Shown here one piece after another: positions 63,751-64,000 of a stretch of 64,000 bases of DNA (positions are counted from its first letter, which is position 1; each line of letters begins with the position of its first letter). Under the pieces are notes generated by a model. That model did not search any database. It was not told the origin of the DNA and saw nothing but the letters and a program-made list of their open reading frames with translations. The translations under genes were made by a program, and so were the position numbers. The DNA is from an uncultured bacterium (GTDB taxonomy: Bacteria; Planctomycetota; UBA1135; GCA-002686595), in NCBI GenBank assembly GCA_943787795.1, contig CALSNU010000006.1, forward strand, positions 529,817 to 593,816, written 5' to 3'.

Positions 63751-64000
63751 TCATCGATCCACGTGCGGATCGGCCTCGAGGCGGAATACACCGTCCACGA
63801 CCGGGGCCCCGGCGGTGACCGAGGTCAGCTCGAGCATGATCTTGCCAATCATCGGGTTCGCGAGCTGAACCTCGACGCGGTCGGGGAGCTGCATGCCCTC
63901 GACCTCACGGAAGCTCCGAAACGTGGTCTCACGGCCGAGGCGGCCCACCCCCGGGGATCGCGGCAAAGTCGTCGATCCGCCCGAGCCGCAGGCTCTCGGC
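63751..64000 (-). CDS. C-terminal fragment of a LolA-like/periplasmic protein running off the window; apparent +1 frameshift at C5 63948-63952
   Basis: ETTFRSFREVEGMQLP...VDGVF pattern. The upstream GC3-rich frame AESLRLGRIDDFAAIPG joins if one C is removed. Confidence 0.55.
   Translation of the reverse strand, partial: PRACGSGGSTTLPRSPGVGRLGRETTFRSFREVEGMQLPDRVEVQLANPMIGKIMLELTSVTAGAPVVDGVFRLEADPHVDR

Overview
High-GC window from a Planctomycetota genome. The assignment rests on two DUF1549/DUF1553 cytochrome c + DUF1501 cassettes and a planctomycete-type ECF sigma factor / Ser-Thr kinase pair; an OM190/Saltatorellus-like lineage is my inference only. It holds about 45 protein genes and no recognisable rRNA, tRNA, CRISPR array or transposase. 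Ordinary content: tricorn protease (partial), persulfide dioxygenase-rhodanese fusion, Fur/Zur-regulated metal uptake operon, esterase, GH36-like glycosidase, three DoxX genes, SDR, beta-helix enzyme, cyclase, sulfatase, amt-glnK. Most notable signals: (1) Six exported proteins with five different cargo types all end in the same ~135-160 aa C-terminal domain (C..N..G ... LC ... FQxWxRD ... SNxTxxxxVxF), a candidate lineage-specific sorting/anchoring domain. (2) Two in-frame ORFs at 51181-52824 are split by a single TGA in a Y-I-TGA-I-C context followed directly by a SECIS-like hairpin, a probable exported selenoprotein with a DsbD-N-like domain. (3) A translationally coupled operon of transglutaminase-like lipoprotein, minimal ferredoxin, Tat-lipoprotein Mo-bisPGD enzyme and TorD chaperone has no membrane anchor subunit. 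(4) A head-to-head kinase/ECF pair is flanked by two paralogous secreted proteins. (5) Nine genes have TAnnnT exactly 6-7 nt before the start codon, suggesting leaderless mRNAs. (6) About a dozen unrelated intergenic minisatellites are present, three overlapping stop codons. Three +1 frameshifts in G5 runs are probably assembly errors. All family calls come from motif recognition by eye; no searches were run.
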